64,000 nucleotides of DNA from positions 364 to 64,363 of the forward strand of contig JANYFG010000077.1 of assembly GCA_025362815.1 (NCBI GenBank). The letters are read 5' to 3'. Source of the stretch: Rhodospirillales bacterium (GTDB lineage Bacteria; Pseudomonadota; Alphaproteobacteria; Acetobacterales; Acetobacteraceae). Shown here one piece after another: positions 17,503 to 27,721 of the stretch. The notes beneath the pieces are model-generated. The model worked only from the letters and a program-made list of their open reading frames with translations. It did not search any database and was not told the DNA's origin. A program made the position numbers and the translations under genes. The first letter of the stretch is position 1. Every line of letters begins with the position of its first letter.

Positions 17503-18899
17503 GCGGCATTCCTCAAAACGGTGGCGCGCACCTGGTCCTCGATGGCGGCGAGGCTGGCGGGCACGCGGGTGAACAGCTCAGTGCGTTCATATAGGTCGGC
17601 AAGGTGCACGGGGAGAGGGGGCCTGCTGCCGATTGCCGCCTCGATCGCATCCGGGAATTTTGCCGGATGCGCGGTGGCCATGGCGACCATCGGCACGCCG
17701 GGGCGGACCAAGGCGCGCGCGGCCTCGATCCCGATGATGCTGTGCGGGTCCGCGAGGTAGCCGGCGGAGGCGTAAAGCGCGCGAATGGCGTCCAACGTCT
17801 CGTCGTCGCCGAGGCGAAAGCCGGTGAACACCGCGCCGGCCTCGCGCCACGCGGCATCGGCCACACGCATTTGGCCGGTGGCGCGGAATTCCGCCATCGT
17901 GGCCGCCGTGAGGCCGGGGTCGCGGCCCTGGATCTCGAACAGCAGGCGCTCGAAGTTCGAGCTCACCTGAATGTCCATGCTGGGCGACAGGCTGGGCTCC
18001 ACGGCGCGCACGCTCATGTCGTTGGACGCGAGGAACCGGGCCAGGATGTCGTTGCGGTTGCTGGCCACGATCAGGCGCGGGATGGGCACCCCCATGCGCC
18101 GGGCCGCGTAGGCCGCCTGCACGTTACCGAAATTGCCGGTGGGCACGGCGAATTCGATGTCCCGGTCCGGCGCGCCGAGCGCCACGGCGGCCGCCACGTA
18201 ATACGGGATCTGGCCGAGGATGCGCGCCCAGTTGATGGAGTTCACCGCCGACAGCCGCATCTCCCGGCGAAACGGCAGGTCCTGGAACATGGCCTTCACC
18301 AGGTCCTGGCAATCGTCGAACGTGCCGTCCACCGCGAGATTGCGCAGATTGGGCGCGTGCACCGTGGTCATCTGGCGGCGCTGCACCTCAGACGTGCGCC
18401 CCTCCGGATGCAGGATCACGATATCCACGCGCGCTCGCCCCGCCATCGCCTCGATCGCCGCCGAGCCGGTATCGCCGGAGGTGGCGCCCACGATCGTCAC
18501 GCGCTCGTCGCGCTTGGTCAGCACATGGTCGAACAGGCGGCCGAGCAGCTGCATCGCCATGTCCTTGAAGGCGAGCGTGGGGCCGTGGAACAGTTCCTGC
18601 GCCCAGATATCGGTGCCGAGCTGAACCAGCGGCACCACGGCGGGGCTGTTGAAATGGGCATAGGATTCGCGCGTCAGCCGCAGCAGCGCCTCATACCCGA
18701 TGCAGTCGCCCACGAACGGATGGATGACGCGCGCCGCAAGCTCCGGATACGCCACGCCCCTCAACGCCCGAAGATCGTGCGGCGTCAGCGTGGGAAAGCT
18801 CTCCGGCACATAAAGCCCGCCATCCTCGGCGAGACCGGCCAGAAGAACGCCCGCGAAATCGCGCACCGGAGCCTGGCCGCGAGTGGAGATGTAGCGCAT
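17499..18899 (-). CDS. thrC: Threonine synthase
   Basis: The N-terminus MRYISTRGQAP...GGLYVPE and the PLP lysine context PTLAFKDMAMQ are typical. The protein is 466 aa. The stop overlaps the start of the M16 peptidase gene (ATGA). Confidence 0.92.
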   Translation of the reverse strand: MRYISTRGQAPVRDFAGVLLAGLAEDGGLYVPESFPTLTPHDLRALRGVAYPELAARVIHPFVGDCIGYEALLRLTRESYAHFNSPAVVPLVQLGTDIWAQELFHGPTLAFKDMAMQLLGRLFDHVLTKRDERVTIVGATSGDTGSAAIEAMAGRARVDIVILHPEGRTSEVQRRQMTTVHAPNLRNLAVDGTFDDCQDLVKAMFQDLPFRREMRLSAVNSINWARILGQIPYYVAAAVALGAPDRDIEFAVPTGNFGNVQAAYAARRMGVPIPRLIVASNRNDILARFLASNDMSVRAVEPSLSPSMDIQVSSNFERLLFEIQGRDPGLTAATMAEFRATGQMRVADAAWREAGAVFTGFRLGDDETLDAIRALYASAGYLADPHSIIGIEAARALVRPGVPMVAMATAHPAKFPDAIEAAIGSRPPLPVHLADLYERTELFTRVPASLAAIEDQVRATVLRNAA

Positions 18900-18983
18900 C
18901 GACGGCCCTGTTCTCTTGGGGATAAGCGCGATAGATGCGTCAGCGCGGGCCCTTGATCAATGGCCGAAATCCAGGGGGCATGC

Positions 18984-19541
18984 ATGCGGGTGGTCGTGAT
19001 CGGCACGTCTGGGGCGGGGAAAAGCGCGCTATCCCAAAAGATTGCCACGCATTTCGACATCGAGATGATCGAGCTGGACGCACTGAACTGGCGGCCCGAT
19101 TGGGAGGCGCTGTCGGTGACGAACCCTGCGCAGTTCCTCGCCGATGTCGACGCCGCCACGCAAGGAGACGCGTGGGTGGCGGCGGGCAACTACACCAAGG
19201 CACGGCATATCCTGTGGGCCAGAGCCACGCACCTCGTGTGGCTGGATTATCCCCGGCACGTGGTGATGAGCCGCGTCATTCGCCGGTCGATCGTCCGCGG
19301 CTTCCAACGGGCCGAGCTGTGGAACGGCAACCGCGAGAGCTTCCGTCTGTGGCTCGGCGCCGACCATCCGATCTGGTGGGCGTGGCGAACATGGCAGAAG
19401 AACCGCACCGCAACCGTGGCGCGGCTGGCCGAGGCGAACGCGGCGCATCTGACGGTTCTGCAGGTCAAGCAGCCGCGGGATGTGGGCAAGGTGATTTTGG
19501 CTTTGGAGCGTTCGGCTTGGAGAGAGGAGCCAAGCAAATAG
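18984..19541 (+). CDS. P-loop NTPase (adenylate-kinase/topology-modulation-like small kinase)
   Basis: The Walker A motif MRVVVIGTSGAGKS lies at the N-terminus. I chose the start at MRVVV rather than the ORF start at 18960. Confidence 0.65.
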   Translation: MRVVVIGTSGAGKSALSQKIATHFDIEMIELDALNWRPDWEALSVTNPAQFLADVDAATQGDAWVAAGNYTKARHILWARATHLVWLDYPRHVVMSRVIRRSIVRGFQRAELWNGNRESFRLWLGADHPIWWAWRTWQKNRTATVARLAEANAAHLTVLQVKQPRDVGKVILALERSAWREEPSK

Positions 19542-19543
19542 AT

Positions 19544-19600
19544 GTTCTTTTGTGAACAAAAGAACCAAAAAACTTTATTCATTTCAATGATTTGGGCTGC
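19544..19600. repeat. Palindromic AT-rich repeat, family A copy 1
   Basis: The core GTTCTTTTGTGAACAAAAGAAC is a 9-bp stem with a 4-nt loop. It is followed by CAAAAAACTTTATTCATT. The element sits between convergent genes. Copies also occur at 27951..27994 and 55236..55279. Confidence 0.85.
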
Positions 19601-21091
19601 TTACGGTTTTAGGTAGCGCTCGGTCAGGTGGGTTTGGAAATCGTTTGGGTCCAGCTTTTTGCCGGTGGCGTGAACAAGCAGATCGTTGAAGCCGTGAAGA
19701 CTGCCCTGGCCATGGACCTTGCGGCGGAGCCAGCCCAGCAACGGCGCGAAATCACCTTCCGACAAGGCGACGTCCAGGCCAGGCACATCACGCCTTGCGG
19801 CAGCCATCAGCTGCGCGGCAGCCATCGCGCCCAAGGAGTAGCTGGGGAAATAGCCGACAAGCCCGTCATACCAATGAATGTCCTGCAGCACGCCCAGCCG
19901 GTCATCCGGCGGCGTGATGCCCAGCAGGCTCTGCATCCCCTCCGCCCAGGCGCCGGGCAGGTCGGCCACCGCAAGGTCGCCGGCGATCAACGCCTGCTCC
20001 AGGCGAAACCTTACGATGACATGAGCGGGGTAGGTCATTTCATCGGCTTCGACCCGGATGAAACCACGGTCGACGCGGCGGAGCAGACGGCCAAGATTGG
20101 CGGGCGCGTAAGGCGACGCACTGCCGCCGAAGGTCTCGTGCAGCCTGGGGCCGAGCCACGACAGAAAGGCGTCCGACCGCGAGGCCTGCATCTCGATGAT
20201 GAGCGACTGGCTTTCATGCGCGGCCATGCCAGCCGCCTCCCCCACCGGCTGGCGGGCGTGGCCGGAGGGCAGGCCGCGCTCGTACAACGCGTGGCCGGTC
20301 TCGTGCATCACGCCCATCAGCGCCTGGGCGAAATCGTCGGTGCGATAGCGCGTGGTGATGCGCACATCGGTGGGCGTGCCGCCGCAGAACGGATGGGTGG
20401 AGCGATCGAGCCTGGAATGCTCCGCCTCCAGCCCCGCGCCCAGCGACAAGCTGCGGCACAGCGCCTCCTGCAGATGCTCGGGGAAAACGCCTTCGAGCGG
20501 GATGGCGGGGCCACGCGCCGCCTGGATCGCCTCGGCGCGGGGCAAGGCGTCTGCCAGAAAGGCCTCATAATCGGCAAACACCGGCGCCACGTCGGCGGCG
20601 AGCACGCCGCGCTGGTAGCCATCCATCAGAGCATCGTACGGCGACAGACCCAGGGCCGGGGCCAGCGCCTGCGCCTGCTCGCGCACCAAAGCCATCAAGG
20701 CGGTGAGCTTGGGCGCCACCATCGCGAAATCGCCCTGCGCCCGGGCCACCCGCCACACCGTCTCGCACGCCGAGGCAGCGCGGGCCATGGCCTCCACCAG
20801 GTCGGGCGGCAGCGCCGTGGCGCGGGTGTGGCTATGGCGCAAAAGCCGCAGATTGGTCGCCTCCCAGGTATCCCCAGGCGGCGACGCCTCCGCCTCGGCC
20901 AGGTCGGCGGCGACTTCAGGGGCGGTGGCGAGGCCGTGCGACAGGCCCGCAATGACGGCGAACTGGTCGCCCCGCGCCTCGGCGCCACCGGTGGGCATCA
21001 TGGCGCTGGCATCCCACCCGAGCATGGCCGACGCCTCCCCAAGGGTGGCGATGCGGGCCGCGCGGGCGGTCAGGCGGGCATAGGCCGTCAT
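19601..21091 (-). CDS. M32-family metallocarboxypeptidase (Taq-like)
   Basis: The protein is 496 aa. The HExxH motif lies in VMHETGHALYE. The overall length and the DIHW and GYFPSY blocks fit M32. Confidence 0.85.
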   Translation of the reverse strand: MTAYARLTARAARIATLGEASAMLGWDASAMMPTGGAEARGDQFAVIAGLSHGLATAPEVAADLAEAEASPPGDTWEATNLRLLRHSHTRATALPPDLVEAMARAASACETVWRVARAQGDFAMVAPKLTALMALVREQAQALAPALGLSPYDALMDGYQRGVLAADVAPVFADYEAFLADALPRAEAIQAARGPAIPLEGVFPEHLQEALCRSLSLGAGLEAEHSRLDRSTHPFCGGTPTDVRITTRYRTDDFAQALMGVMHETGHALYERGLPSGHARQPVGEAAGMAAHESQSLIIEMQASRSDAFLSWLGPRLHETFGGSASPYAPANLGRLLRRVDRGFIRVEADEMTYPAHVIVRFRLEQALIAGDLAVADLPGAWAEGMQSLLGITPPDDRLGVLQDIHWYDGLVGYFPSYSLGAMAAAQLMAAARRDVPGLDVALSEGDFAPLLGWLRRKVHGQGSLHGFNDLLVHATGKKLDPNDFQTHLTERYLKP

Positions 21092-21780
21092 GGTGTGTCC
21101 TTGCGAGTCGGGGCCGGACGGGCAAGCGCCCTTTTGGCGTAGAGGCCGAAAATGATCAGCAGGGTGACCGCGAAGCCGAACCAGGTGAGCGCGTATTGCA
21201 GGTGGTTGTCGGGCGGGCGCGGCAGAGTTCGAACCGGATCTGGAAACACCCCCGGCGGCGCCGCGCCCAAGGCGACAAGCACGAACGGGGCAACCCGGGG
21301 CAGGCCGAAGGCGGCGGCGATCGGGCCGGGATCGAGCGTGTAGAACAGACGCTTCTCGGGATTGTCGGTGGCGGAAAACGTGCCGGCATGCTCGGCCGGG
21401 CGCACGAAACCCTCGATGGCGCCGATGGGCAACACAAGGGCATCACGGCGCTGCATCGGCACCCAGCCGAGGTCCACCAGCACGGGAACGGCGCCCTGGC
21501 GTTCGAGCGGCATGATCAGGTGGGCGCCCAGCGTGTCCACCCGCACCTCGGCGCCATACAGCGCCTGCAAATCAACGCGCAGCGTTCCGCGCACGCTGAC
21601 CTTGGCGAACGGATCCGGCGCAGCGGGCATCGGCACGGCGGGAAGACGTTCGGCGGAGTCGATCCTGGCCAGCAGGTCCGCCTTCCAGGCACGGCGTTGA
21701 AGCTGCCAAAAGCCCAGGCCAAGAAGGACCGCCAGCATCACGAGGGTGCTGACGGCCGGCAGCAAAAGCCTACGGATCAT
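21088..21780 (-). CDS. SURF1-family cytochrome oxidase assembly protein
   Basis: MIRRLLLPAVSTLVMLAVLLGLGFWQLQRRAWK and the C-terminal HLQYALTWFGFAVTLL are typical of SURF1. The start at 21780 overlaps the ctaE stop (ATGA). Confidence 0.8.
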   Translation of the reverse strand: MIRRLLLPAVSTLVMLAVLLGLGFWQLQRRAWKADLLARIDSAERLPAVPMPAAPDPFAKVSVRGTLRVDLQALYGAEVRVDTLGAHLIMPLERQGAVPVLVDLGWVPMQRRDALVLPIGAIEGFVRPAEHAGTFSATDNPEKRLFYTLDPGPIAAAFGLPRVAPFVLVALGAAPPGVFPDPVRTLPRPPDNHLQYALTWFGFAVTLLIIFGLYAKRALARPAPTRKDTP

Positions 21781-22634
21781 CCCGCGGTTGTGCCGCCCTG
21801 GCCTGCCACATACACGGCGATGAACAGGAACAACCACACCACGTCGACGAAATGCCAATACCAGGCCGCCGCCTCGAAACCGAAATGCCGCTCCGGTGTC
21901 ATCTGGCCGGCGCTGGCGCGTGCGAGACACACGGCGAGGAAAATGGTGCCGACGATGACGTGAAAGCCGTGAAACCCGGTGGCGAGGAAGAAGATGGACG
22001 GATACACGCCGCCGCCTGCGAAGGCGAACGGCGCCTCCGAATACTCGATCGCCTGACAGGTGGTGAACAGCAGCCCCAGCGCGACGGTGAGCGCCAGGCC
22101 ACGGATGAGGTTCTTGCGGTCACCGGCGATCAGGGCGTGATGCGCCCAGGTGACGGTGCAGCCGGACAGCAGCAGCATCATCGTGTTGAGGAACGGCAGG
22201 CCGAACGGGTTGAACGTGGTGATCCCCGGGGGCGGCCAGCTGGGCTTGGCCACGCCCAGCACGTGCTCCGGATACAGCGCGAAGTGGAAATAGGCCCAGA
22301 AGAAGCCCACGAAGAACATCACTTCGCTGGCGATGAACAGCGTCATGCCGTAGCGCAGGCCCAGCCGCACGATGGCGGTGTGCACGCCGGGGGTGCGGCT
22401 TTCGGCCAGCACGTCGCGCCACCACAGGAACATGGTGGACAGCACGCCGGCAAGGCCGAGATACAGGATGATATACGTGCCGAAATGCGCCGCCTGCACG
22501 ATCCCCACCATCGTGACGCCGGCCGAGAGCGCGCCGGTAAGCGGCCAGATCGAAGGGTCGACCAGGTGATACGGCTGCTTCAGCCCGGAGCTGATGGCAC
22601 CATGCGGAACGGCGCCGTGTGAATCGATGCTCAT
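21777..22634 (-). CDS. ctaE: Cytochrome c oxidase subunit III
   Basis: PYHLVDPSIWP, FIASEVMFF, WPP.GI, GFHGFHVIVGT and WYWHFVDVVWLFLF are hallmark CoxIII blocks. GAGGA precedes the ATG at 22634. Confidence 0.92.
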   Translation of the reverse strand: MSIDSHGAVPHGAISSGLKQPYHLVDPSIWPLTGALSAGVTMVGIVQAAHFGTYIILYLGLAGVLSTMFLWWRDVLAESRTPGVHTAIVRLGLRYGMTLFIASEVMFFVGFFWAYFHFALYPEHVLGVAKPSWPPPGITTFNPFGLPFLNTMMLLLSGCTVTWAHHALIAGDRKNLIRGLALTVALGLLFTTCQAIEYSEAPFAFAGGGVYPSIFFLATGFHGFHVIVGTIFLAVCLARASAGQMTPERHFGFEAAAWYWHFVDVVWLFLFIAVYVAGQGGTTAG

Positions 22635-22745
22635 GATATCCTCGTGGTCAGGCCGGGGCCAAGGCTTGCAGGCGTTGCGGCATAATCGCCAAAAATGCTG
22701 ATGCTTCAAGCTGCATTGCAGCACGGGAAGGCAAACGGCGTGATC

Positions 22746-23333
22746 TCAACGCGTCAGGCTGCCCACATGTGGCGCGGTCTGGGCCGCCTGGGCGGTGCGC
22801 GCGGCGTCGTCGGCGGCGCGAAAGAAAGTGTAGCTGAGCGTGATGGTCTTCACGTCGGCCGTGTTGGGATCGCTGGCAATGGCGGGGTCCACCCAGAAGC
22901 TCAGCGGAAAATCCATGTCCTGGCCGGAGGCGAGGGTCTGTTCGTCGAAGCAGAAACAAGCGGTCTTGTGGAAATACTTGCCCACCTTCTCCGGCGTCAC
23001 GTTGTAGACGGCCACGCCGGTGATGGCCTTTTCCGATTTGTTGCGGGCTTCGTAATAGGCCACGCGATCCTCGCCCAGCGGCAGCGTAACGCTGGTTTGC
23101 GCCGGCTTGAACATCCAGGGCAGGTTGGGGTTTGTGTCGGCGTTGAAGCGCACCGTGATCATCCTGGCGATGGCGCCGGGCGAGGCTTGCGCCGTGATGT
23201 TCGGCGTGCCGCCATAGCCGGTGGCGGCGCAGAACAGCCGGTAGAGCGGCACCGAGGCGTATGCCATGCCGGCCATGCCGCCAATGATCGCAACCAGGGC
23301 TATGCCAAGCCTCGCATTGCGCGGGCTGTTCAC
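22746..23333 (-). CDS. ctaG: Cytochrome c oxidase assembly protein CtaG/Cox11
   Basis: The protein has a TM anchor, and the copper-site block KTACFCFDEQTL (CFCF motif) is diagnostic. The start is GTG. Confidence 0.9.
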   Translation of the reverse strand: MNSPRNARLGIALVAIIGGMAGMAYASVPLYRLFCAATGYGGTPNITAQASPGAIARMITVRFNADTNPNLPWMFKPAQTSVTLPLGEDRVAYYEARNKSEKAITGVAVYNVTPEKVGKYFHKTACFCFDEQTLASGQDMDFPLSFWVDPAIASDPNTADVKTITLSYTFFRAADDAARTAQAAQTAPHVGSLTR

Positions 23334-23343
23334 TGGCGCCCAC

Positions 23344-23505
23344 TCATTGCGGAAGACCCATCTTGCCGGACAGCTTCACGATCGCGATGGCGTAGAACAG
23401 CACCGCGATCGCCACCAGCGCCACCAGCATGGCAATGTTGCGGCCACGGCGCTTTTTCGCCAGCAGCGCCGATTCGGCACGGGTGAGGTGCGAAAGGTCG
23501 GCCAT
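23344..23505 (-). CDS. Small single-TM protein of the cox cluster (53 aa)
   Basis: This ORF is below the track's size cutoff, so I read it from the sequence: MADLSHLTRAESALLAKKRRGRNIAMLVALVAIAVLFYAIAIVKLSGKMGLPQ. The ATG overlaps the ctaB stop (ATGA). The position between ctaB and ctaG matches the small ORF seen in alphaproteobacterial cox clusters. Confidence 0.55.
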   Translation of the reverse strand: MADLSHLTRAESALLAKKRRGRNIAMLVALVAIAVLFYAIAIVKLSGKMGLPQ

Positions 23506-24476
23506 CACATCACCACCCAATCGACCACCACGGCGCCGAACAGGGCGAAGAGGTAATAGATCGAGTATTTGAACGTGGCCTTGGCGGGCGCGTCCTTGGT
23601 GAGGCTGACGCCTGCTTCGTCCTGCCTGTCGGTGTAAAGGCGCCAGGCATGCCAGAAGAAGCCAAGGCCAAGCACGCCGGCGGAGACCGCATAGACGACA
23701 CCGCTCAGGCCGAGCACGTAAGGCAGCAGGGTCGCCGGCACCATGGCGAGCGTATAGATCACCACCTGGCGCCGCGTTTCCTTCGCACCGGCCACCACCG
23801 GCAGCATGGGCACGCCGGCCTTTTCATAATCGGCGTGGGCAAACAGCGACAGCGCCCAGAAATGCGGCGGGGTCCAGAGGAAGATGATGCCGAACAGCAG
23901 CCAGGGCATCACGTCGAGCCCACCGGTGACGGCGGCCCAGCCGATCAGTGGCGGAAACGCACCCGCAGCGCCGCCGATGACGATGTTCTGCGCCGTGCGC
24001 CGCTTCAGCCACATCGTATAGACGACCACGTAGAACGCGATGGAGCCGGCGAGCAAAGCGGCTGCGAACCAGTTGGTGGCCAGGCCCATCACCATCACAG
24101 AGCCCACCGCCAGGAACACGCCATAGGCCAGCGCCTCATCCGGCGCGATGCGGCCGGCCGGGATCGGGCGCTTTTGCGTGCGCCGCATCACCGCGTCGAT
24201 ATCACGGTCGTACCACATGTTGATGGCGCCGGCGGCACCCGCGCCCACGGCGATGCACAGGATGGCGGCAACGGCCAGCACCGGATGAATATGGCCCGGA
24301 GCCACCAGCAATCCGGCCAGGCCGCTATACACCACCAATGTCATCACGCGCGGCTTGAGCATCATCAACCAGTCGCGCGCGGTCGAGATGTCGTCCGTGG
24401 GAGCCGAAAGCGACGACAGGGAGGACACGATGTCCCCCCTGTCTGCACCGGCCACCGCAGGAGCGATGGACTTCAT
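23505..24476 (-). CDS. ctaB: Protoheme IX farnesyltransferase (heme O synthase)
   Basis: This is a UbiA-family polytopic protein. The blocks NMWYDRDIDAVMRRTQKRP and WTPPHFWAL are typical of CtaB/CyoE. Confidence 0.92.
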   Translation of the reverse strand: MKSIAPAVAGADRGDIVSSLSSLSAPTDDISTARDWLMMLKPRVMTLVVYSGLAGLLVAPGHIHPVLAVAAILCIAVGAGAAGAINMWYDRDIDAVMRRTQKRPIPAGRIAPDEALAYGVFLAVGSVMVMGLATNWFAAALLAGSIAFYVVVYTMWLKRRTAQNIVIGGAAGAFPPLIGWAAVTGGLDVMPWLLFGIIFLWTPPHFWALSLFAHADYEKAGVPMLPVVAGAKETRRQVVIYTLAMVPATLLPYVLGLSGVVYAVSAGVLGLGFFWHAWRLYTDRQDEAGVSLTKDAPAKATFKYSIYYLFALFGAVVVDWVVM

Positions 24477-24504
24477 TTTAATGCATCCAATCAGTTGAGA
24501 CGTC

Positions 24505-26127
24505 TTAGTTTACCCGCGGAAGCTCTTCGAAGACGTGGAACGGCGGCGGCGAGGCAACGGTCCATTCCAGCGTCGTGGCACCCTCGCCCCACTGGTTGTC
24601 GGCCACCTTGGCTGGGTTGCTGAAGGTCTTGTAGAGCACGAACAGGAAGATCAGCACCGAGAAGCCGCCGATATACGAGCCGATCGAGGCCACCAGGTTC
24701 CAGCCCGCAAAGGCGTCCGGATAATCCACGTAGCGGCGCGGCATGCCGGCGAGACCCAGAAAGTGCATCGGGAAGAATGTGAGGTTCACGCCCACGAACG
24801 TGACCCAAAAATGCACCTTGCCCCAGAATTCCGGATACTCGTGGCCCGACATCTTGCCGATCCAGTAGTAGAAACCGGCAAAGATGGAGAACACGGCGCC
24901 GAGCGAGAGCACGTAGTGGAAATGCGCCACGACGTAATAGGTGTTGTGCAGCACCTGATCCAAGCCCGCGTTGGACAGCACAACGCCCGTTACGCCGCCG
25001 ACGGTGAACAGGAAGATGAACCCGATGGCCCACAGCATCGGCGTCTTCATCTCGATGGAGCCGCCCCACATCGTGGCGATCCAGGAAAAGATCTTGATGC
25101 CGGTTGGCACCGCGATGATCATCGTGGCCGCCATGAAGTAGGCGCGCGTGTCGACCTCGATGCCCGAGATGAACATGTGATGCGCCCACACCACAAAGCC
25201 CACCACGCCGATGGCCACCATCGCATAGGCCATGCCGAGATAACCGAACACCGGCTTCTTGGAGAAGGTGGAGATGATGTGGCTGATCATGCCGAAGCCC
25301 GGCAGGATCATGATGTAGACCTCGGGATGACCGAAGAACCAGAACAGATGCTGGAACAGCACCGGGTCGCCGCCGCCGGCCGGGTCAAAGAACGACGTAC
25401 CGAAATTGCGGTCGGTGATCAGCATGGTGATCGCACCCGCCAGCACCGGCACCGCCAGCAACAGCAGGAACGCGGTGACCAACATCGACCACACGAACAG
25501 CGGCATCTTATGCAGCGTCATGCCGGGAGCGCGCATGTTGAAGATGGTGGTGATGAAGTTGATCGCGCCCAGCAGTGATGAGATACCGGCGAGGTGGAGG
25601 GCGAACAGCGAATAGTCCATCGCCGGGCCGGACTGGTAGGTGCTGTTCGACAGCGGCGGATACAGCGTCCAACCCGACCCGGCGCCGTCACCGGTGGTGA
25701 GGCCCATGATGATCAGCACGAACGCCGGCACCAGCAGCCAGAAGCTGATGTTGTTCAAACGCGGGAACGCCATGTCTGGCGCGCCGATCATCAGCGGCAC
25801 GAACCAGTTGCCGAAGCCGCCGATCATGGCGGGCATCACCACGAAGAAGATCATGATCAGGCCATGCGCCGTGACCACGGCATTCCATTGCTGGCCACCG
25901 CTGAAATAATGCACGCCCGGGTGCGCCAGCTCGATGCGCATCATGATCGACAGCGCGCCGCCCACGATGCCGGCGAGAATGGCGAAGATCAGATACAGCG
26001 TGCCGATGTCTTTGTGGTTGGTGCTCATCAGCCAGCGTTTGACGAACCCCGGCGCGTGGCCGTGGTCGTCGTGATGGGCATGGTCATGCGCGTGGCCAGG
26101 AACATGATCGGGGGAAGCGGCACTCAT
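24505..26127 (-). CDS. ctaD: Cytochrome c oxidase subunit I
   Basis: [30 protein letters not shown] and HFHYV are diagnostic of heme-copper oxidase subunit I. The protein is 540 aa. Confidence 0.95.
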   Translation of the reverse strand: MSAASPDHVPGHAHDHAHHDDHGHAPGFVKRWLMSTNHKDIGTLYLIFAILAGIVGGALSIMMRIELAHPGVHYFSGGQQWNAVVTAHGLIMIFFVVMPAMIGGFGNWFVPLMIGAPDMAFPRLNNISFWLLVPAFVLIIMGLTTGDGAGSGWTLYPPLSNSTYQSGPAMDYSLFALHLAGISSLLGAINFITTIFNMRAPGMTLHKMPLFVWSMLVTAFLLLLAVPVLAGAITMLITDRNFGTSFFDPAGGGDPVLFQHLFWFFGHPEVYIMILPGFGMISHIISTFSKKPVFGYLGMAYAMVAIGVVGFVVWAHHMFISGIEVDTRAYFMAATMIIAVPTGIKIFSWIATMWGGSIEMKTPMLWAIGFIFLFTVGGVTGVVLSNAGLDQVLHNTYYVVAHFHYVLSLGAVFSIFAGFYYWIGKMSGHEYPEFWGKVHFWVTFVGVNLTFFPMHFLGLAGMPRRYVDYPDAFAGWNLVASIGSYIGGFSVLIFLFVLYKTFSNPAKVADNQWGEGATTLEWTVASPPPFHVFEELPRVN

Positions 26128-26170
26128 CTTGGATCTCCTTCACGCGCCGAACAGGCACGCGACACATTGG

Positions 26171-27040
26171 TCAGCGCAGGTTTTCCGCAACCGCGACGGG
26201 GGCCGCATTCGGCAGCGGCGAAGGCTCGGCGGCGGCGGCGAACGTCGTCTTGGCGGTTTCGAGCCAGGCCTTGAATTCCGGATCGGGCATCGCGCGCACC
26301 GTGATCGGCATGGCCGAATGGTTCACGCCGCAGATCTGGTTGCATTCGCCGTAATACACGCCCGGACGGTCGACGCGAAACCACGTCTCGATCGTACGCC
26401 CGGGGATGGCGTAGCGCTGCACGCCCAGGCTCGGGATGAAGAAGCTATGGATCACGTCGGCCGAGGTGGTGAGCACGCGGATATTCTTACCAACCGGCAC
26501 CACCAGTTGGTTATCGACCTCCAGCAGGCGCTTCTGGCCGGGCTTCAGGTCTTCCTCGGCGATCATGCGGCTGGCGAATTCCACCTTGGCGGCGTCGCTG
26601 TAATCATACTGCCAATACCATTGGTGGCCGACCACCTTGATGGTCATGTCCGCCTCACGCGTCCGGTCCTCGAAATAAACCAGGCGGAAGCTGGGAATGG
26701 CGATCACCACGAGGATGAGCACGGGGATCAGCGTCCAGGCCACCTCCAACATGGTGTGATGGCTGGTGCGGCTTGGGACGGGGTTGCGCTTGGCGCTGTA
26801 GCGATACGCCACCCACAGAAGCAGACCCGCCACGAAAACGGTGATGGCGGTGATGATGATCAGCACCAGCGTGTCGAGCTGGTGCACCGCCACGGCCACC
26901 GGGCTCGCTGCGTCCTGCATGCCCATCTGCCAAGGTTTCGGCGCGTCCGCGGCAGCCGGCGACAGGCCTGCCAGCATCATGACGGGGGTGAAAATCGCAG
27001 CGGACCTGATCCGCTTGAAGTCGTGCATCGCCTGTTCCAT
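26171..27040 (-). CDS. ctaC: Cytochrome c oxidase subunit II
   Basis: There are two TM helices and the CuA site DVIHSF...CNQICGVNHSAMP. Confidence 0.92.
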   Translation of the reverse strand: MEQAMHDFKRIRSAAIFTPVMMLAGLSPAAADAPKPWQMGMQDAASPVAVAVHQLDTLVLIIITAITVFVAGLLLWVAYRYSAKRNPVPSRTSHHTMLEVAWTLIPVLILVVIAIPSFRLVYFEDRTREADMTIKVVGHQWYWQYDYSDAAKVEFASRMIAEEDLKPGQKRLLEVDNQLVVPVGKNIRVLTTSADVIHSFFIPSLGVQRYAIPGRTIETWFRVDRPGVYYGECNQICGVNHSAMPITVRAMPDPEFKAWLETAKTTFAAAAEPSPLPNAAPVAVAENLR

Positions 27041-27195
27041 TCGCTGGCCAAGTGTCCGGCATCACGTCGGTGCGCCTCACCCGCAACACGCCGGCGCACC
27101 GCACCGTGCATTGCAGCAATTGGGCTACAGGAGAGGCGTGTCCAGATCAAGCCGGGCGATTAAAACAAACAATCGCGGGGTCCTGGCCAAACGCC

Positions 27196-27232
27196 AAAAA
27201 AACCCCGCCTGTTCAGCGTGTTATCAGGCGGC
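27196..27232 (-). terminator. Rho-independent terminator of gcrA
   Basis: The minus strand reads CCGCCTG-ataacacgctgaa-CAGGCGG-GG-TTTTTTT. The 5' stem arm overlaps the gcrA stop codon. Confidence 0.55.
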
Positions 27233-27721
27233 AGCCTCGTCGCGACGGTCGCGCACTTTCACGTAGGCCAGCTGTGCGTGCTCGCTGCAATACGGCTTGT
27301 TGGGTGTGGCATCGGAGTCACAGAAGCGAAAGCTTTTCGTTCCGGGCTCGCCGATCGGCCAGCAGCAGGTGGCGGTGCGCAGGCGGGACGGCGGAACCTG
27401 GCGCAGCATCGGCGCGCGTTCGGGCGGGCGCGGCGGCGGCTCCGGGGCCACGGGCGCTGCCACCATTTCGCGCGCCGGCTCGGCTGCGGGCAGCGGCGGC
27501 AAGGTGGGACCGGTCACGCGTTTCGGAGCGGCGCTGCGGGCGGACGGACCACCCGCGCCATCGCGCCGAATCGGCGACGGACGGGCCGGAAGGTTCAGGC
27601 GATGCGCCTTGCCCACGACGGCGTTCTTGGACACCGCCATGCGACGACCGATTTCGGCGGTGGAATGGCCTTCGTCCCACAACACCCGAAGTCGGGCGAT
27701 GGCCTCGTCATTCCAATCCAT
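27224..27721 (-). CDS. gcrA: Cell-cycle regulator GcrA
   Basis: MDWNDEAIARLRVLWDEGHSTAEIGRRMAVSKNAVVGKAHRLNL and the C-terminal CCWPIGEPGTKSFRFCDS....PYCSEHAQLAY are the conserved GcrA blocks. Confidence 0.9.
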   Translation of the reverse strand: MDWNDEAIARLRVLWDEGHSTAEIGRRMAVSKNAVVGKAHRLNLPARPSPIRRDGAGGPSARSAAPKRVTGPTLPPLPAAEPAREMVAAPVAPEPPPRPPERAPMLRQVPPSRLRTATCCWPIGEPGTKSFRFCDSDATPNKPYCSEHAQLAYVKVRDRRDEAAA

